The translations under genes were made by a program, and so were the position numbers. A stretch of DNA of 63,925 nucleotides, the filler included, from Lenisia limosa (taxonomy: Eukaryota > Protista > Breviatea), in NCBI GenBank assembly GCA_001655205.1. It is 16 parts of 16 records of this genome, joined end to end, with 100 filler letters (N's around TTAATTAATTAA, not from the genome) between each part and the next. Parts side by side here need not be neighbours in the genome. Positions count along the whole stretch, not along the records: positions 42,834 to 50,667 come from LPNZ01001118.1; positions 50,768 to 52,356 come from LPNZ01006794.1; positions 52,457 to 53,864 come from LPNZ01000104.1; positions 53,965 to 55,808 come from LPNZ01007799.1; positions 55,909 to 57,882 come from LPNZ01006833.1; positions 57,983 to 60,227 come from LPNZ01001667.1; positions 60,328 to 63,925 come from LPNZ01009998.1; 9 more parts are not named here. One strand, written 5' to 3'. A model generated the notes under the pieces. It saw nothing but the letters and a program-made list of their open reading frames with translations. It had not been told where the DNA came from and did not search any database. Numbering within the stretch: position 1 is the first letter of the stretch; every line of letters starts with the position of its first letter. This document shows positions 48,601 to 61,680 of the stretch, one piece after another.

Positions 48601-50769
48601 TTTAATAATGTGAGTTTTTGAGGAAGTGACAAAGCGAGCGGTTTGCTCTTTGAGTTCGAGCGCATCCCTCCGAATCTGGCGAATTAGACCTGGTGAAAAC
48701 CCACTTGGAGGGTGTCAACTGCCAGAGTGGATTTGATGAGGTTTCGCCGGGTGCATGCAAATGCCGCTTGACGTGAAGATTTCACCTTTGCCAGCTGCTG
48801 TCCACCCTGGAGAAATCAACATCTCACCAACCTCATAACTACAAACCGAATATGAAGTTAGTGGGGTTTTTTCGTCGGCCAAAGACGCATTTTGAAGAAT
48901 GGGCGATAGAGGATCATCAACTGTCGTCTGAAGGAATGAATAAAAAGAATATGAACAAAGGGCTGAACGAGACCATTTTACAACGAATATGCCATTTATG
49001 AAGTCCAACCTGAAGATAGAAGTAAAATGGATCATTACGGGAGAGAGTTTGTAGGGTACGTTGGACCTTGACAAACTAAAGGATAAAATGAAGAAAAACA
49101 AGGCGCTATACCTCATTCTTCATGACTCGATAGGCTGAAGTCGACAATCTAATCTGCCTGTGGATCTAAAGAAAGTTAACCATTTACCGCAACCCACTCT
49201 TCTCCTAATGGCATTGATATGGGAAGACTGTGTTCCGTACCACAACAGAGCGGGCATTCTTGCCAAACCTGCAGAGAAATGTCATGATGTGACAGCCCTT
49301 ACCTCGGCCAAGAATAAGTCCCCCCAATCCTGCTCCAATGAAAGTCCAAATCAAAACGCCAGAACCTAGTATCGTCAGGATAAACACCTTCTTCACTTAC
49401 AAAGACAAAGCATTAAAACATTTTCATCCGAGTCGCCCTGATAAAGGGAAAATCCGAATCCAATTGCTGATCCGAAGAGTGTCACTGCGCCAACAAAGAG
49501 CCAGTGCTTAAAGGCGTGCTGTGGATCAACAAAAACTGGGTTTCCGTGGCTTACCAGAAGAGCAAGCTTCCAAGATAGAAAACCAGAGCAGATGAACTCA
49601 TGAGTTAAATATACAACATGGAGCAACACACCGCTCCCATAAATAGTGATTCTAAAAATGGTGAGATATGGACCTGACGAACCTCCAAAAGAGCTCCAAG
49701 TCTTGGAACGTATCATCATGCCTGTTGTCATCAATATAAAACCTGGGCTTACTCTTCATTGGCATTTGACCATGCCTGCAGCCACTCAACCCCAAGGAGA
49801 CAAGGGGAAATCAGCACAATAAGAAGTCCAATCGCTTCAAATGTGAAAATCTCACAAAAAAAAAAGTTTCAAAGCAAACCTCCAATAAACGCCGGTAAAC
49901 GCGATGCAGCTCTCCTTAGAGGTATGATATTGCTCACCCAGAATGCCACGGTGGAAAGGCTGAGAACAATGGAGATGATCAAAAAGAAGAACGAAGATCT
50001 CAACATATTCCAATATTCAGAAGAGATAGAAAATCCTTTCTTCCTCTTTCTTTTATTTCATTTTTCTTATGGGATGGAGAGAAAAACAAAGAAAAGGGGG
50101 GGGGGGCAAGCGACGGAAAAAAGGGAGTCCGGGCCGGTCATTGGTCCACATAAAAAAAGGGCGCAAAACCAACAAACTAACAAACCCTAAACTCCCTAAA
50201 CCTGCACTATACGAACAAGCACAAACTTAGAGCAAACTTAACGAGCAAACATAAAGTTCAGTAACAAGGAAGCACAAAAGGAGAAAAGTTAATTGTTTGT
50301 TTGACAGTCGTCCTTTTTGTTGTTGATAGGGGTAACTATGGAGGCAGACCTCTCTTCTTCAAAGGTATATTGGTTATGTAAACAGCAATCAGAAGTATAT
50401 TATGTTGGATGGAGTGCTGGGTCCTCTTTCACACCTCATAGGAAACTGAGCTTGTTTTGCTTCAGAATCGTGAGGAGTCACTGTCAATACTGAGTGTTCT
50501 TCAAACAAAACTTCAGGTGACGAGTTGATGATAAATGTGTATTGAGCTGTTCACCTGGTCGCTATTCCTGTCTCTGATATCCCATAGGGACTCAATGAAG
50601 CTCTTGACAACCTGTCACCTCTTGGCCGAGTTTATTTTGAGAAACTAGCATTTCTCGCTACTTCGGANNNNNNNNNNNNNNNNNNNNNNNNNNNNNNNNN
50701 NNNNNNNNNNNTTAATTAATTAANNNNNNNNNNNNNNNNNNNNNNNNNNNNNNNNNNNNNNNNNNNNCG

Positions 50770-51975
50770 GCTTGGGTGAACAGAATACCCGTGGTGGCGG
50801 AGGCGTGGTTTGGCACGTGACAGATCGTATCGTACGTAAATGTGCTGTGAACCTATTGGCGTAAGATGGTCATGGTGCGAATTGTTAATCTAAACTTCTC
50901 AATTTTGGTATTCAGCCCCCCTCCCCCTTCTCACGGTAATTGAGGCTTGATCTCCGACAACAAACATGTGACCGCCGGTCGAGAACACCACCTTCATGGG
51001 GGTCAGAAAGGNNNNNNNNNNNNNNNNNNNNNNNNNNNNNNNNNNNNNNNNNNNNNNNNNNNNNNNNNNNNNNNNNNNNNNNNNNNNNNNNNNNNNNNNN
51101 NNNNNNNNNNNNNNNNNNNNNNNNNNNNNNNNNNNNNNNNNNNNNNNNNNNNNNNNNNNNNNNNNNNNNNNNNNNNNNNNNNNNNNNNNNNNGCCACGTG
51201 ACCGAGAAAAGCGTGAGACGGTCGTTGAAGCCGACAATGACGTGGAAGCCGAGGGGGTGGAAGGCAACACTGGGAGGGGGGGAGTAAAATTGGATGAAGC
51301 AAAAACAAAAGATTAAGATCAACTCTGTTGACAACACTCGAAGGTTGATAACATACAAAATAAAAGCTAGGATAATAAAAGTAACCTGAAGAGCTTCGGT
51401 TGGAGGGGGGGGGGGAGGAAATACCACACTTAATAACCCTTCACCACCACCACCACCACCACCACCATATCCATAACACTCCTCCCCTACCAGGTAGGCA
51501 CCTCATCCAGGACTTGGCTCAGGACCGCTTGTCGAGAGGGCAGCGACCACACCTGTTGCCGTGAGCAGGGGGATGAAATGCAGGAAGTGTCAATGAAGAA
51601 TTTTGTCGCGAAGGTACTGAACCGAATAGGGGAAGTATAAAAATGGAAACTTTAAAACAAACAACTCTGTTGTCCAGCAACACACGAGGGNNNNNNNNNN
51701 NNNNNNNNNNNNNNNNNNNNNNNNNNNNNNNNNNNNNNNNNNNNNNNNNNNNNNNNNNNNNNNNNNNNNNNNNNNNNNNNNNNNNNNNNNNNNNNNNNNN
51801 NNNNNNNNNNNNNNNNNNNNNNNNGGATTGAAACCCAATGGAAATTAGTAGTAGGATGAATGACAGGAGTCTCTGGTTGAAGCCATCAACATTATCAGTT
51901 GGTCCTCGCTTACTTTGAGCGTTCTATCGCTGGAAATAGTGACCAAAAGCGGGCGGAGGAGACAGAGTGAAAGAC
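50770..51975 (-). CDS. Divergent CFAP57-family WD40 protein, multi-exon fragment
   Basis: GLSLCLLRPLLVTISSDRTLK|VWSLPSRQAVLSQVLDEVPT|CVAFHPLGFHVIVGFNDRLTLF...MKVVFSTGGHMFVVG is collinear with the CFAP57 WD repeats but much more diverged than the 54-56-kb copy. Confidence 0.7.
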
Positions 51976-52706
51976 CTGCATAGTGAGAGGGGGTGAACAC
52001 GTCAAATGAATGCAATCAATACTGTTCTTCATCCGTGTCAGAACTTCAATTCGGTAGAAAAACACTGATAGGAGAGAGTTATCAATTAATCGCTAAACTG
52101 CCTTGTACACATCACCAAAACGGTTCCACATGCTACTGAACACAATTATAGCAATAATAATTCGGAATAATGAATGTCACAAAATAGATACTACATGACA
52201 ATATTAACCAGTACTCACCAAGGACTTTAGCAGTATGCAACCCTCCGAAGAGATTGACGACCTCGGACGCCGTATCCAGAGCACCGGTACTGACAAAGGC
52301 GGCCGCACCGTTGGTGAGGGTGAAATACGCCACGTCTAACGCCAAGCTCACTGTCANNNNNNNNNNNNNNNNNNNNNNNNNNNNNNNNNNNNNNNNNNNN
52401 TTAATTAATTAANNNNNNNNNNNNNNNNNNNNNNNNNNNNNNNNNNNNNNNNNNNNGATATGTAGCTTTCTCTTTACTGGTTTACTGAGGAGGAGAGAAT
52501 CTAAAAAAAGGGCTGCTTTATTAAAAAAAACAAACATCATAAGCAGTACAAGGAAGATTTTTGAACTTTTGAACAAGAGTTGAGATGAGATATAAAACAA
52601 GGTGGCTGACCGAAGCTGTACATACCATCACGATTGGAAGAAAAGTAAGAAACAACTGCCTTATAACTCTGTATACATAGCTATCTGCTCCCCCAGCATA
52701 CCAAGA

Positions 52707-53367
52707 CAAGTTGTAATGACTTCCTCAAGACCATCACCATCTGTGTCGGGAAACTGAAAAGTGATTGCAGGGTATATACTGACCGCGAAGGCACATATTA
52801 TTTGTGCTTCCAAAGCAAGGCATTAGCCCACCACAAACTGAGCTTTTAGCGTATAAAAAATATAAACAGTTTTAAATGCAGCAGTGTGTTTAACAACTTT
52901 ATAATTCAATAAGATTAACAATATACACAATAAAACAATGCAGGTGAAATTAGGTAATTCTGAAGTCGGGCAATGATAATAATACGATGGTAATCAAGTG
53001 CCATGTGGAAAAAAAATATTCCAAAAAAAACCCAGTGCCCTCGCCCCCCTCCATTAGCCTACACTTGCAACCTGTCCGCCAAGCTTCTGGTTCACGGCTG
53101 CGGTAAACCAGGAATCCAAGATGATCTAACAAGTAAAGGTGAAAATGAGGAAGAGAATTTTTGGGCTTCCCGAGGTCACAAAAATATTGAGTTTTTTGAT
53201 AAATACTCGATAAATCGACATTACACTGAACCCCTTCCCCAACTATTCTCCTCTATCTCTCTCCTCTTCTCTCTCTCTTCTCATATCCCACCCCCCCACC
53301 GGGTCGGCGGAAAAATCCTGAAAGATATAGGCCGCACCATAGCCCTCGTAGGGGGGACCCGCGGCAG
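52707..53367 (-). CDS. FG-GAP (integrin-alpha-propeller-like) repeat protein fragment
   Basis: Exon 53300-53367 encodes AAGPPYEGYGAAYIF (GAP.Y..GAVYIF-like); a downstream exon encodes FPDTDGDGLEEV (DxDGDG Ca-binding loop). Confidence 0.45.
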
Positions 53368-53989
53368 CTGAAATGTCAGAATTATCTTTGATATGCTCAA
53401 GGTCCTAAATTATGTTGTTAATTCGAATTGTTTACGATAATTCAATTTTCTGTTACTGTCTCTTTTTCATGTTACTGTCAACTTCAGCACATTTTAATTG
53501 GCATTTTGTATCATGAATACAGATATATGAATAGCCCTCAATTATACATGTATATTGTAATAGATGATGAAACGGGTTAATTTACTGGGAGGGAAGGGAA
53601 AGTAGAGATGAGAAATAAAACAAGGTTGTATCTGACCGAAGCCGTCCACATCGATATGGAATAAAGCAAAATATTAATACTTAAACAACTCTGTGTCCAC
53701 CCAGCATAATTTAGCTAGTATTTTTTGTTACAAAACAAAACACGCACCACCCACGTTGATCGGCGTTTGGAGCTCCAACCACCAAGGACTAAAACATGAG
53801 TATTGTAAACATGTTATGAGGTCCATAATTATGACTGAAATGAGTGTTGATTTAACGGTATTTANNNNNNNNNNNNNNNNNNNNNNNNNNNNNNNNNNNN
53901 NNNNNNNNTTAATTAATTAANNNNNNNNNNNNNNNNNNNNNNNNNNNNNNNNNNNNNNNNNNNNCTCCTCCCCCAACATGGTACTGTCT

Positions 53990-55730
53990 TATTCGTAGCC
54001 CTCCTCCCCCAACATGGTACTGTCGTCAAGCGACCAATGCACGGCACGAACACGGCCGTTATGCCCCCTCAGGTTGCTGATATTGTCGAACGTGTACGTT
54101 GAGAAGATCTGAACGGTGTTGCCGTTTACTGCAGCGAAGAACTGGCCTCCGTGACTGAACTGAACTTCCCGACATCTGCGGGGTGAAACGAAGGAAATTT
54201 GATGAGGAAACAAACAATAAACGAAGGAAATTATTTTATTGGGGAGGGGGGGGGGGGCNNNNNNNNNNNNNNNNNNNNNNNNNNNNNNNNNNNNNNNNNN
54301 NNNNNNNNNNNNNNNNNNNNNNNNNNNNNNNNNNNNNNNNNNNNNNNNNNNNNNNNNNNNNNNNNNNNNNNNNNNNNNNNNNNNNNNNNNNNNNNNATTA
54401 CCCCCCCTCCCCAGAATCAACTCTGTTGGCTTGCATATGGACAAAACAAACAAAACCCCGATCAGGGTGTTGAAATGAGAAAAATAGCTGTCAATATCAA
54501 CTCAAGCAAACCCTCTGATTGTAAACTCCTTGAAGGTTCTCAAGTCGTCCATGAGGACTGTAATGAGTCGAACCTAAATGTGGTGATGATGATAATGTTG
54601 TTGTTGATAATGATGTTGTTGGTGGTGATAACGATAATGATGGTAATGATGATGATGATGTTATTGTTGGTTTTGATAATTAAAACGATGATGTTATGTA
54701 TACTTTCAAACTACCAATATATCTACCAATCCCACCTTATCTGAGAAACCAATAGCAAGCTGAAGACCACTTGGATGAAGAGCGATGGAGTACGCTTCCT
54801 CGGCAAACTAAAATGTCAAGGATTGTAACTCGAATATATAACGACGTTAAATTACCAAAATAATAAATGGTAATTCAGTCTGGTACTTTGACCCCCCAGC
54901 GAACCGTCTTTGAGATTTCGAGTGAACGATCAAGGTAATTCCAGACCCGGACTGTTTTGTCGAGGCCGCAGGTAGCGATAATAGGCTTCCGAATACACGT
55001 ATCCATGCCCGTGATCTGGGTGTGTGTGAGAATGGGAAATTTGTAGGGCTCCGTGCAATTAGCTTCCTGTTTGCCTTTCTATCGGCAAGGTTTAATATAA
55101 ACTGTCGCTATTAAACTGTGTTTGGTGTAATAAAAAGAAAAAAGATAATTGAAAATTAAAGCGAAACATAATGTACTAGAACTCCATTTCAGACACTTTA
55201 AAATGAAAATAAGCCCCCCTCCCCCACAGCTGAGGAATGGAAGTTGGGCGCCAATCGGTCAAACATCCCATCGTCGGCCTAAGAAAGTGAGAAAAAACAA
55301 GATTCACTCAAGTGAGCAGATGCGAGAATCGAAAAAAAAATAAAAAACCAAAAAAACAATTAGTATAATTAAAATATGTCATAATATCCCCGTCTTACCT
55401 TCAAAATATCAGTGTTAGCAAGAGGCAAGCTAAACACCTGGCATGAATCCAGACCGCACGCAACAGCATCTTCTCCGGGGGTGATGGAGAGGGATGTGAT
55501 CGCTCCGGTTTCGTTAGCGATACGAAGAGACTGAAAGGAATAAGATTATTTTAGTGGATAATTTCGAGGATTTATGGAGAATTTCAGTCTTTTGTTCGAA
55601 CCGAAGAGAAGCCCGAAATAACCCCCATATAAACCCCCCACCTTGACCCGTTTGTAGTAGTCGCTATCCTCCGTTTTCTCGTAGAGAGACACCACGGCCT
55701 GGGCTGAACCGCAAATGAAGCCTGCCGCTC
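53990..55730 (-). CDS. CFAP57: Cilia- and flagella-associated protein 57 (WDR65), multi-exon fragment
   Basis: GFICGSAQAVVSLYEKTEDSDYYK, ITGMDTCIRKPIIATCGLDKTVRVWNY, EEAYSIALHPSGLQLAIGFSDK, VRLITVLMDDLRTFKEF and FSHGGQFFAAVNGNTVQIF...LRGHNGRVRAVHW match recalled CFAP57 segments in order. Confidence 0.9.
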
Positions 55731-55908
55731 CTGAGAGGTGATATAGGGGGGGAGGTGGCGGAGTAAAATTGGAGAATTTATAAAATAAAAAAAGCCCAAA
55801 TCAACTCTNNNNNNNNNNNNNNNNNNNNNNNNNNNNNNNNNNNNNNNNNNNNTTAATTAATTAANNNNNNNNNNNNNNNNNNNNNNNNNNNNNNNNNNNN
55901 NNNNNNNN

Positions 55909-57760
55909 TACATCTCCAGAGGCATCAAACAAGCCCAACGCCAATATGCCTTCTTGGTACAGGCCCAAAGAGAGTGTCATCCAAATACTAAGGCAAGACA
56001 GAAAGCGGCTGCCCTCTCCTATGGTATTTTGTACTACAATAGAAACTCTTATCACTACTCAACTCCACTTTGCTCGTGATAACAATTTTGAAGATGGTTG
56101 TGAGGAGATCCACCTTTTCATTGTAATTTATGAAAATATTGAAACTAACTCCCCTAGCAATTGAAACTCTTTCCCAGCAACTCTCTGACTTGAACAAACC
56201 TATATCAAGGAAGCCAAATCTCGCCTCGGCAAACCGTTTAAGGATCTGAGAACGTCAATAGAGAAGATATTGGACTAGTTGATAGAAATAATCTTATTTG
56301 TGTATTTATTAATCCATGAAGGATATCAAAGAGCGTAAGTCCGACCATATTGGAAGCTTCATCACCAGCGTTATTGAAGTGTACCACAATTCAGTACAAA
56401 ACATTCCTTTTCCAGCTAGGTTTGCTGGTACTAAGGATTATTGTTATGCTTTTATTTTGATTTATTCAATATTTTGCAGACTTTTGTTCTTTGTTTATTA
56501 CACTGTATTTAACCCATTGGGATGGGTTCTTTGCTGACGAAACTGCCTTCAGTCCCGCCTAGGTATCCGAGGTGATGCAATGGCCTCAGCACTCAATGTA
56601 TCACGAGTGACCGCCGAATATGTTCCTGAATCTATCATTATTGGTGGTAGTGATCCCATGAAAGCTGCTGAATCACGTGGTGGTGAAATGGTTCCCCCAA
56701 TCTCAGTGAACATACCTCTTTGTGGCGACAAACATAATGATGCCATCGCAAAGTGGTACCGAGAGCACCCCAATGCCATTTCCCCCAACCTGCTGAAATC
56801 ATCCCATGAAATGAAGGACATCTGTGACGAGAACAACTGCTTACTTCTTGGGGTTAATAAGAGTTACTTCTACTCAACAATGTCCGTCATTTGGCATCTG
56901 GTATTACTGGCGGACTAGATCCAGAATTCACCTTTCTGCTGAAGTAAGTATTTCATATTTTGATTGTTTTTCCATTTACCATTTACTTCAAAGAAACTGT
57001 TCGTGTAATCATATCTAACTCATTTTTAGATGCTAAGCCTTGTTTATTACCTACTTCCCTTTCTTCGATTTCTTTTCAGCCACGAAAACCTGAATACCCC
57101 CCTTCTTGCACCGTTCCTCAACAAATCGTCACCACCGTTCCATACTTTCTCGACCAAAACCAGTCCAACTGAACAATGTACGTTCAGAACCACCAACAGA
57201 GANNNNNNNNNNTCTGTTATTGATAACCTCACAAGAGAAGTAGCCATCGCATCTGCAGCAACTCAACAAGTAAATAACAACATCTCAATGCCAGATATGA
57301 ATTTCAGTGAATCGGAAAAGGCTTTCCTTCTTGGAGCTGCAGCAGCATCTTCCACCTTCCTTTACAGACAACCTGAACTTTCGACTGACGTTTTGAGGTG
57401 TTTTAAGGTGGCAACATTGTCGCATTCTGAGACACTTGCCTCAACTGCCACTTTGGTCTCTCATGCGTGTCTTCAGTCTGTATCTGTCGGACCAATCCTT
57501 GAAGAACTGTTTTTATACAATGTCATCGCTGTGAAGAAGGTTTGCCCTATATTTTCATTGTTTTTTATTATTATTATTCAGATGTCATTTTTGTTTTCAT
57601 TTACTTAGGGTGAAACTGTGGTTGCCCTCAAGTCAGGAAAACTTATCGCTGATGAATCTGACATCAAGGAGTCTGTTCTTCGGAATCAGTGCATTAACTC
57701 ATCTCATGGCCTGATGTGTGGTCCTAAAGTAGGGCTGCTTTTTTTGATGTGTTGTTTTCT
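55909..57760 (+). CDS. Multi-exon gene fragment, unknown product, probably multicopy
   Basis: Coding-like blocks at 55910-55990, 56325-56400, 56560-56915, 57210-57540 and 57610-57730; one exon and its acceptor are duplicated at 60148-60225. Confidence 0.4.
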
Positions 57761-59913
57761 CAAAAAACTTGTTTGTCATATGATCTACAGTGTTTACTTC
57801 TTTTTTTTACCAAAAAATACGGTTAAGTGAAGGTTTGTCTAAAATAAGGATAAGAGATTAAAAGAAAAAGAAGAATAATTAANNNNNNNNNNNNNNNNNN
57901 NNNNNNNNNNNNNNNNNNNNNNNNNNTTAATTAATTAANNNNNNNNNNNNNNNNNNNNNNNNNNNNNNNNNNNNNNNNNNNNTGTGGAAAACTATTATCT
58001 TACGCTGGAGTTTTCATATAAAGAGCTGCTTTTCGAGGTTTCTTAATTTGCATATGTATAATGCATTTTTCAGAAAGAAAGCGAGCGAAGGTGTCGTAAA
58101 TCCCAATCTTTTGCGACTCTTGCTCCTTCTAGCGATGTGCTTGTCCTTTCCATTTGATCATTTGAATTATAACAAATAACAGTGCATCAATTATCCACCA
58201 AGTTACTGAAAAGATGCTTTTTGCTTCTTTGCTTGCACAAGCAAGCTGTAGGTTGCCTGCTCCTCCTTGATTTTGTCTTTTCTGAGACTCATCCTTCACC
58301 ACACCCACTATCATTGTACGGTTCATTTAATAATATATTTTTTTTTTATTGTTTTCTTCGGTTGGTTGTCTTTCTGAATTAGTGTTATTTACAATTTGGT
58401 TCACTCTATTTCAAGATCAACATTTTTTATAAATATCTTTGATTTCATCAATGGTTGACACAGTTTATAATATGTGACCCCAAATTCATTAATATGGATA
58501 GATGTAAATTGTTGTAACTTAATGTTATACATAGTAACTAAAGTACATCAAAAGAAAGCTCTATCAATTTCACAAAAAAACACACATAGTATATGTATCA
58601 TATACATATAATTATATTATAATTTTTCATTATTGAACCGATTGAATAACACTTCACTTTAAACAACACTCAACAATAACTCCATGCGCGTGTATCCAGA
58701 GTAAAATTCGACACAAAAGAAAGAAACATGACGAAGAAGAGTAATAAAACAGAAAGGCCAGAACTGGTTGTTAGTCGTAACTTGGGAATTGGTCGAGAGA
58801 CTTTGAGAGTTTTCCTCCTGGTCTGCTGCCTCGGGATAATTTGGCGGTACAAGGTCTTCTTGGAAGTGATAAAATGTCATTTGGGAGAAGCTTCACGCGG
58901 AAGCACAGTAAATGGTTGGTGACCAGGACACCAACTTTGTCACAAAAGGTCACTAACCCGTCACTGACCTTTTTGAAACAATCGAAATCCATTTATCCGT
59001 TTGATTTTCGTTTGTTTCTGGAAATGAATAGCGCTTTGATGAGTGGCTCAACCACCAACGCGGGGAAAGGAACCCTGGTGATGTGCCTGAGAAACAAACA
59101 AAAAAAATCAAGAAAGGAAGGAGAGAGCAAGAGATATGGCTCACACACAATATATGATCGAACTTCAGCAAAACAGAAGCCGTTGGCACCTTCCAATTCC
59201 AAGTTGAATTGCAATAATAGAAAGTGAACGCTCGCTCACCTAAAATCTATTACACATATAATAGATTGATAATTGACAAATTGTTCATAATTTTGCAATT
59301 TTATTAAAATACTACATATCACATAATATGTTACTATATGATGATATATGATGACATATCATACATTCATAATATACCATATACTATATGATATACTATT
59401 AATAAGGTTGTATCTGGCCGAAGCCGCCACACAATCACGTTAATAGAGATATGGGATTATAGTGTGATATATAATTCACCCAATCATTTGCCTTACAACT
59501 CTGTGCACACAGCTTTCTCCGCACCGATGATACATTGTAAGAGTGAGAGAGAGTTAACGCTCTTCCGCCCTTATATTATCTTTAGGAAGGAAACAACGGC
59601 AGTGAACACAATATCGTTGTTGAACTAACAGAAATGTCTTCGCTTATGAGTATTTTCTCACTCTTTCACCGGCATTAAGTTAAAGATTGCTCTATTTACA
59701 CTATTACATCCCAAATACAGCGTTTTTTTGACTTCGGCTCCAGTTTCCTTGGAATGGAGGTGCAAAACCCCTGAATCGTAACGCTTCTTAAGCTGAAACT
59801 TGAATTGAGCTCTTGTTTACCCGAGTCCCTCCTTTTTATAGATGCAAATCTATAAAGAAATAACATACTCAACTTCTTTGGAAAAATTGAATAATTCCAT
59901 CTCGCTTTCTTCC

Positions 59914-60141
59914 TAGTTGAAAAGCGCTAGAATATCCATAACAAAGGTAGTTGAAAAGCGCAAGAATATCCATGGCAAAAATAGATGAAAAGCAAAAGAA
60001 TATCCATAGAAAAGGTAGTTGAAAAGCGAAAGATTAAGCGCAAGATTATTAACACGAAAACAGTTAAAAAGCGCAAGAATATCCATAATAAAGACAGTTG
60101 AAAAGCGCAAGACTATCCATAAAAAAGATAGTTGAAAAGAG
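59914..60141. repeat. 34-bp minisatellite, about 7 degenerate units
   Basis: Unit TAGTTGAAAAGCGCAAGAATATCCATAACAAAGG repeated head-to-tail without unique spacers. Confidence 0.85.
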
Positions 60142-61550
60142 CAGGCCCTGGTGATGAGGCTCCCAACATGGTCGGACTTGCGCTCTTTGATATCCTTCAT
60201 GGGTTAATAAATACACAAATAAGATCANNNNNNNNNNNNNNNNNNNNNNNNNNNNNNNNNNNNNNNNNNNNTTAATTAATTAANNNNNNNNNNNNNNNNN
60301 NNNNNNNNNNNNNNNNNNNNNNNNNNNATATATATATATATATATATGTATATTATATATACTAGTATTATATCATATATATACTTTTTTCATATGTATA
60401 GTCAAAGCACCGGACATCATTCCGGACACATCAAAACTCCCGGACAGCTTGAATTTTCCCTATAAAAGTACAATAAACTTCATTTTCATGTTATTTTCGA
60501 AAGTAATTTGCGGCCCTTAAACTGCCAAAAATAACCAAAACCGTTATAACCGGCCACATTCAAGGAATAAATGGCAACTATCCGGGAAAGTTTGACCTTG
60601 TAGAAAGCACTATTTTAAAATTTGTCACTCAAAATTCACCATTACATAGCCAAAGCAAGGGGGAATCCATAACCAATTACTCCGAGGGGTACAATATTTT
60701 GTTTCTTAATACTAAAAGAGGGATAGATTTAGAAAAAAATCCCGTGAAAAGGCAAAAGGACCCCCGGGAGACCAAATTCACGGATTTTTGACACTTGCTC
60801 AAAATTGAAAAAAAGTTGGGGAACATTAAGAGGTCATTTTCTCTACATATTATCTGATATTTAGGGCTCCTTGCAATTAATTGCCATCATTGTTAATTTT
60901 TAAGCAATAAATTGAAAATAATTTAAAATAATTGAGTAGTAAGTTGTCATATTTTGCATATTATAGATATTATATAACATTATTTTGAAATAAAGCTAAC
61001 TATTGAGTAGCTATTGGCAACTTTCAAAATTAGACAAGGTTTTAACAGTGTTAATTTGGATTGTTTTTGTCTCAATAAAATACTGAAGAATATACTTGTG
61101 CCCAACCAAAATACGGAATTTATTACTCTTTTTTACGCAACTAATTACATTATACATATTACATGCATACATACATAAAAAACATAATAGTGTTTATAGT
61201 ATGCTATAAACACTATAGCTATGATATAGGATAGCTCAATAATAGCATTACTTTAACATACAGTATATTCATATTTCACCAGTATTTGTTATTTGTGATG
61301 CTATTATCCGTATCATTTGATATTTGAAAGATAAAGAGCCAAAACAGATAGACAAACCGAAAGTGATAATTGAATTGTAGTCTCCACAGTAGAGATGGGC
61401 AGCAAATTTACCACCCACAGGCACCTGTATTGTTAACGCACCCATCATTGTCTTGAAATTATAGCTTTATTGCTGTATCAATAAGTGAATTTGCTGAAGC
61501 CAAAAACATAAAACAAAAAATAATCTTGAAAGCTTGCTGGATTGTTCAGT

Positions 61551-61680
61551 TTAGTGAGATACTAACTTCAACAAAGCCCCATTCACCAGTGTAGGGGTGT
61601 CGAAGTTCGTATTTGTTGGTTGCAAGGTCTGTTGATGGTAGCTGTATCCCCAAGTGTAAACTTCTCCAGTTTCAACTAAA
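61551..61680 (-). CDS. RCC1-like repeat exon
   Basis: ETGEVYTWGYSYHQQTLQPTNTNFDTPTLV matches the RCC1 repeat pattern GxVYxWG...P. Confidence 0.5.

Larger units (their letters stand above)
8837..60327. other. 15 artificial scaffold linkers (44 N + TTAATTAATTAA + 44 N) dividing the window into 16 unlinked scaffolds
   Basis: Identical 100-bp blocks at 8837-8936, 13961-14060, 18463-18562, 22309-22408, 30233-30332, 32788-32887, 34711-34810, 39683-39782, 42734-42833, 50668-50767, 52357-52456, 53865-53964, 55809-55908, 57883-57982 and 60228-60327. The palindromic 12-mer puts stops in all six frames. Confidence 0.97.

Noticed and set aside
42834-50667. Gene-family assignment for exon-like blocks on this scaffold, including hydrophobic segments at 49200-49730
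   Set aside because: Coding-like but no recognisable motif; frames could not be joined confidently.
59914-60141. Possible CRISPR array
   Set aside because: Degenerate 34-bp units are contiguous with no unique spacers, the context is eukaryotic, and there are no cas genes.
60399-60450. pogo/Tigger-like terminus (TAGTCAAAGCACCGGACA)
   Set aside because: Only a weak partial inverse match near 62420 and no transposase recognised.
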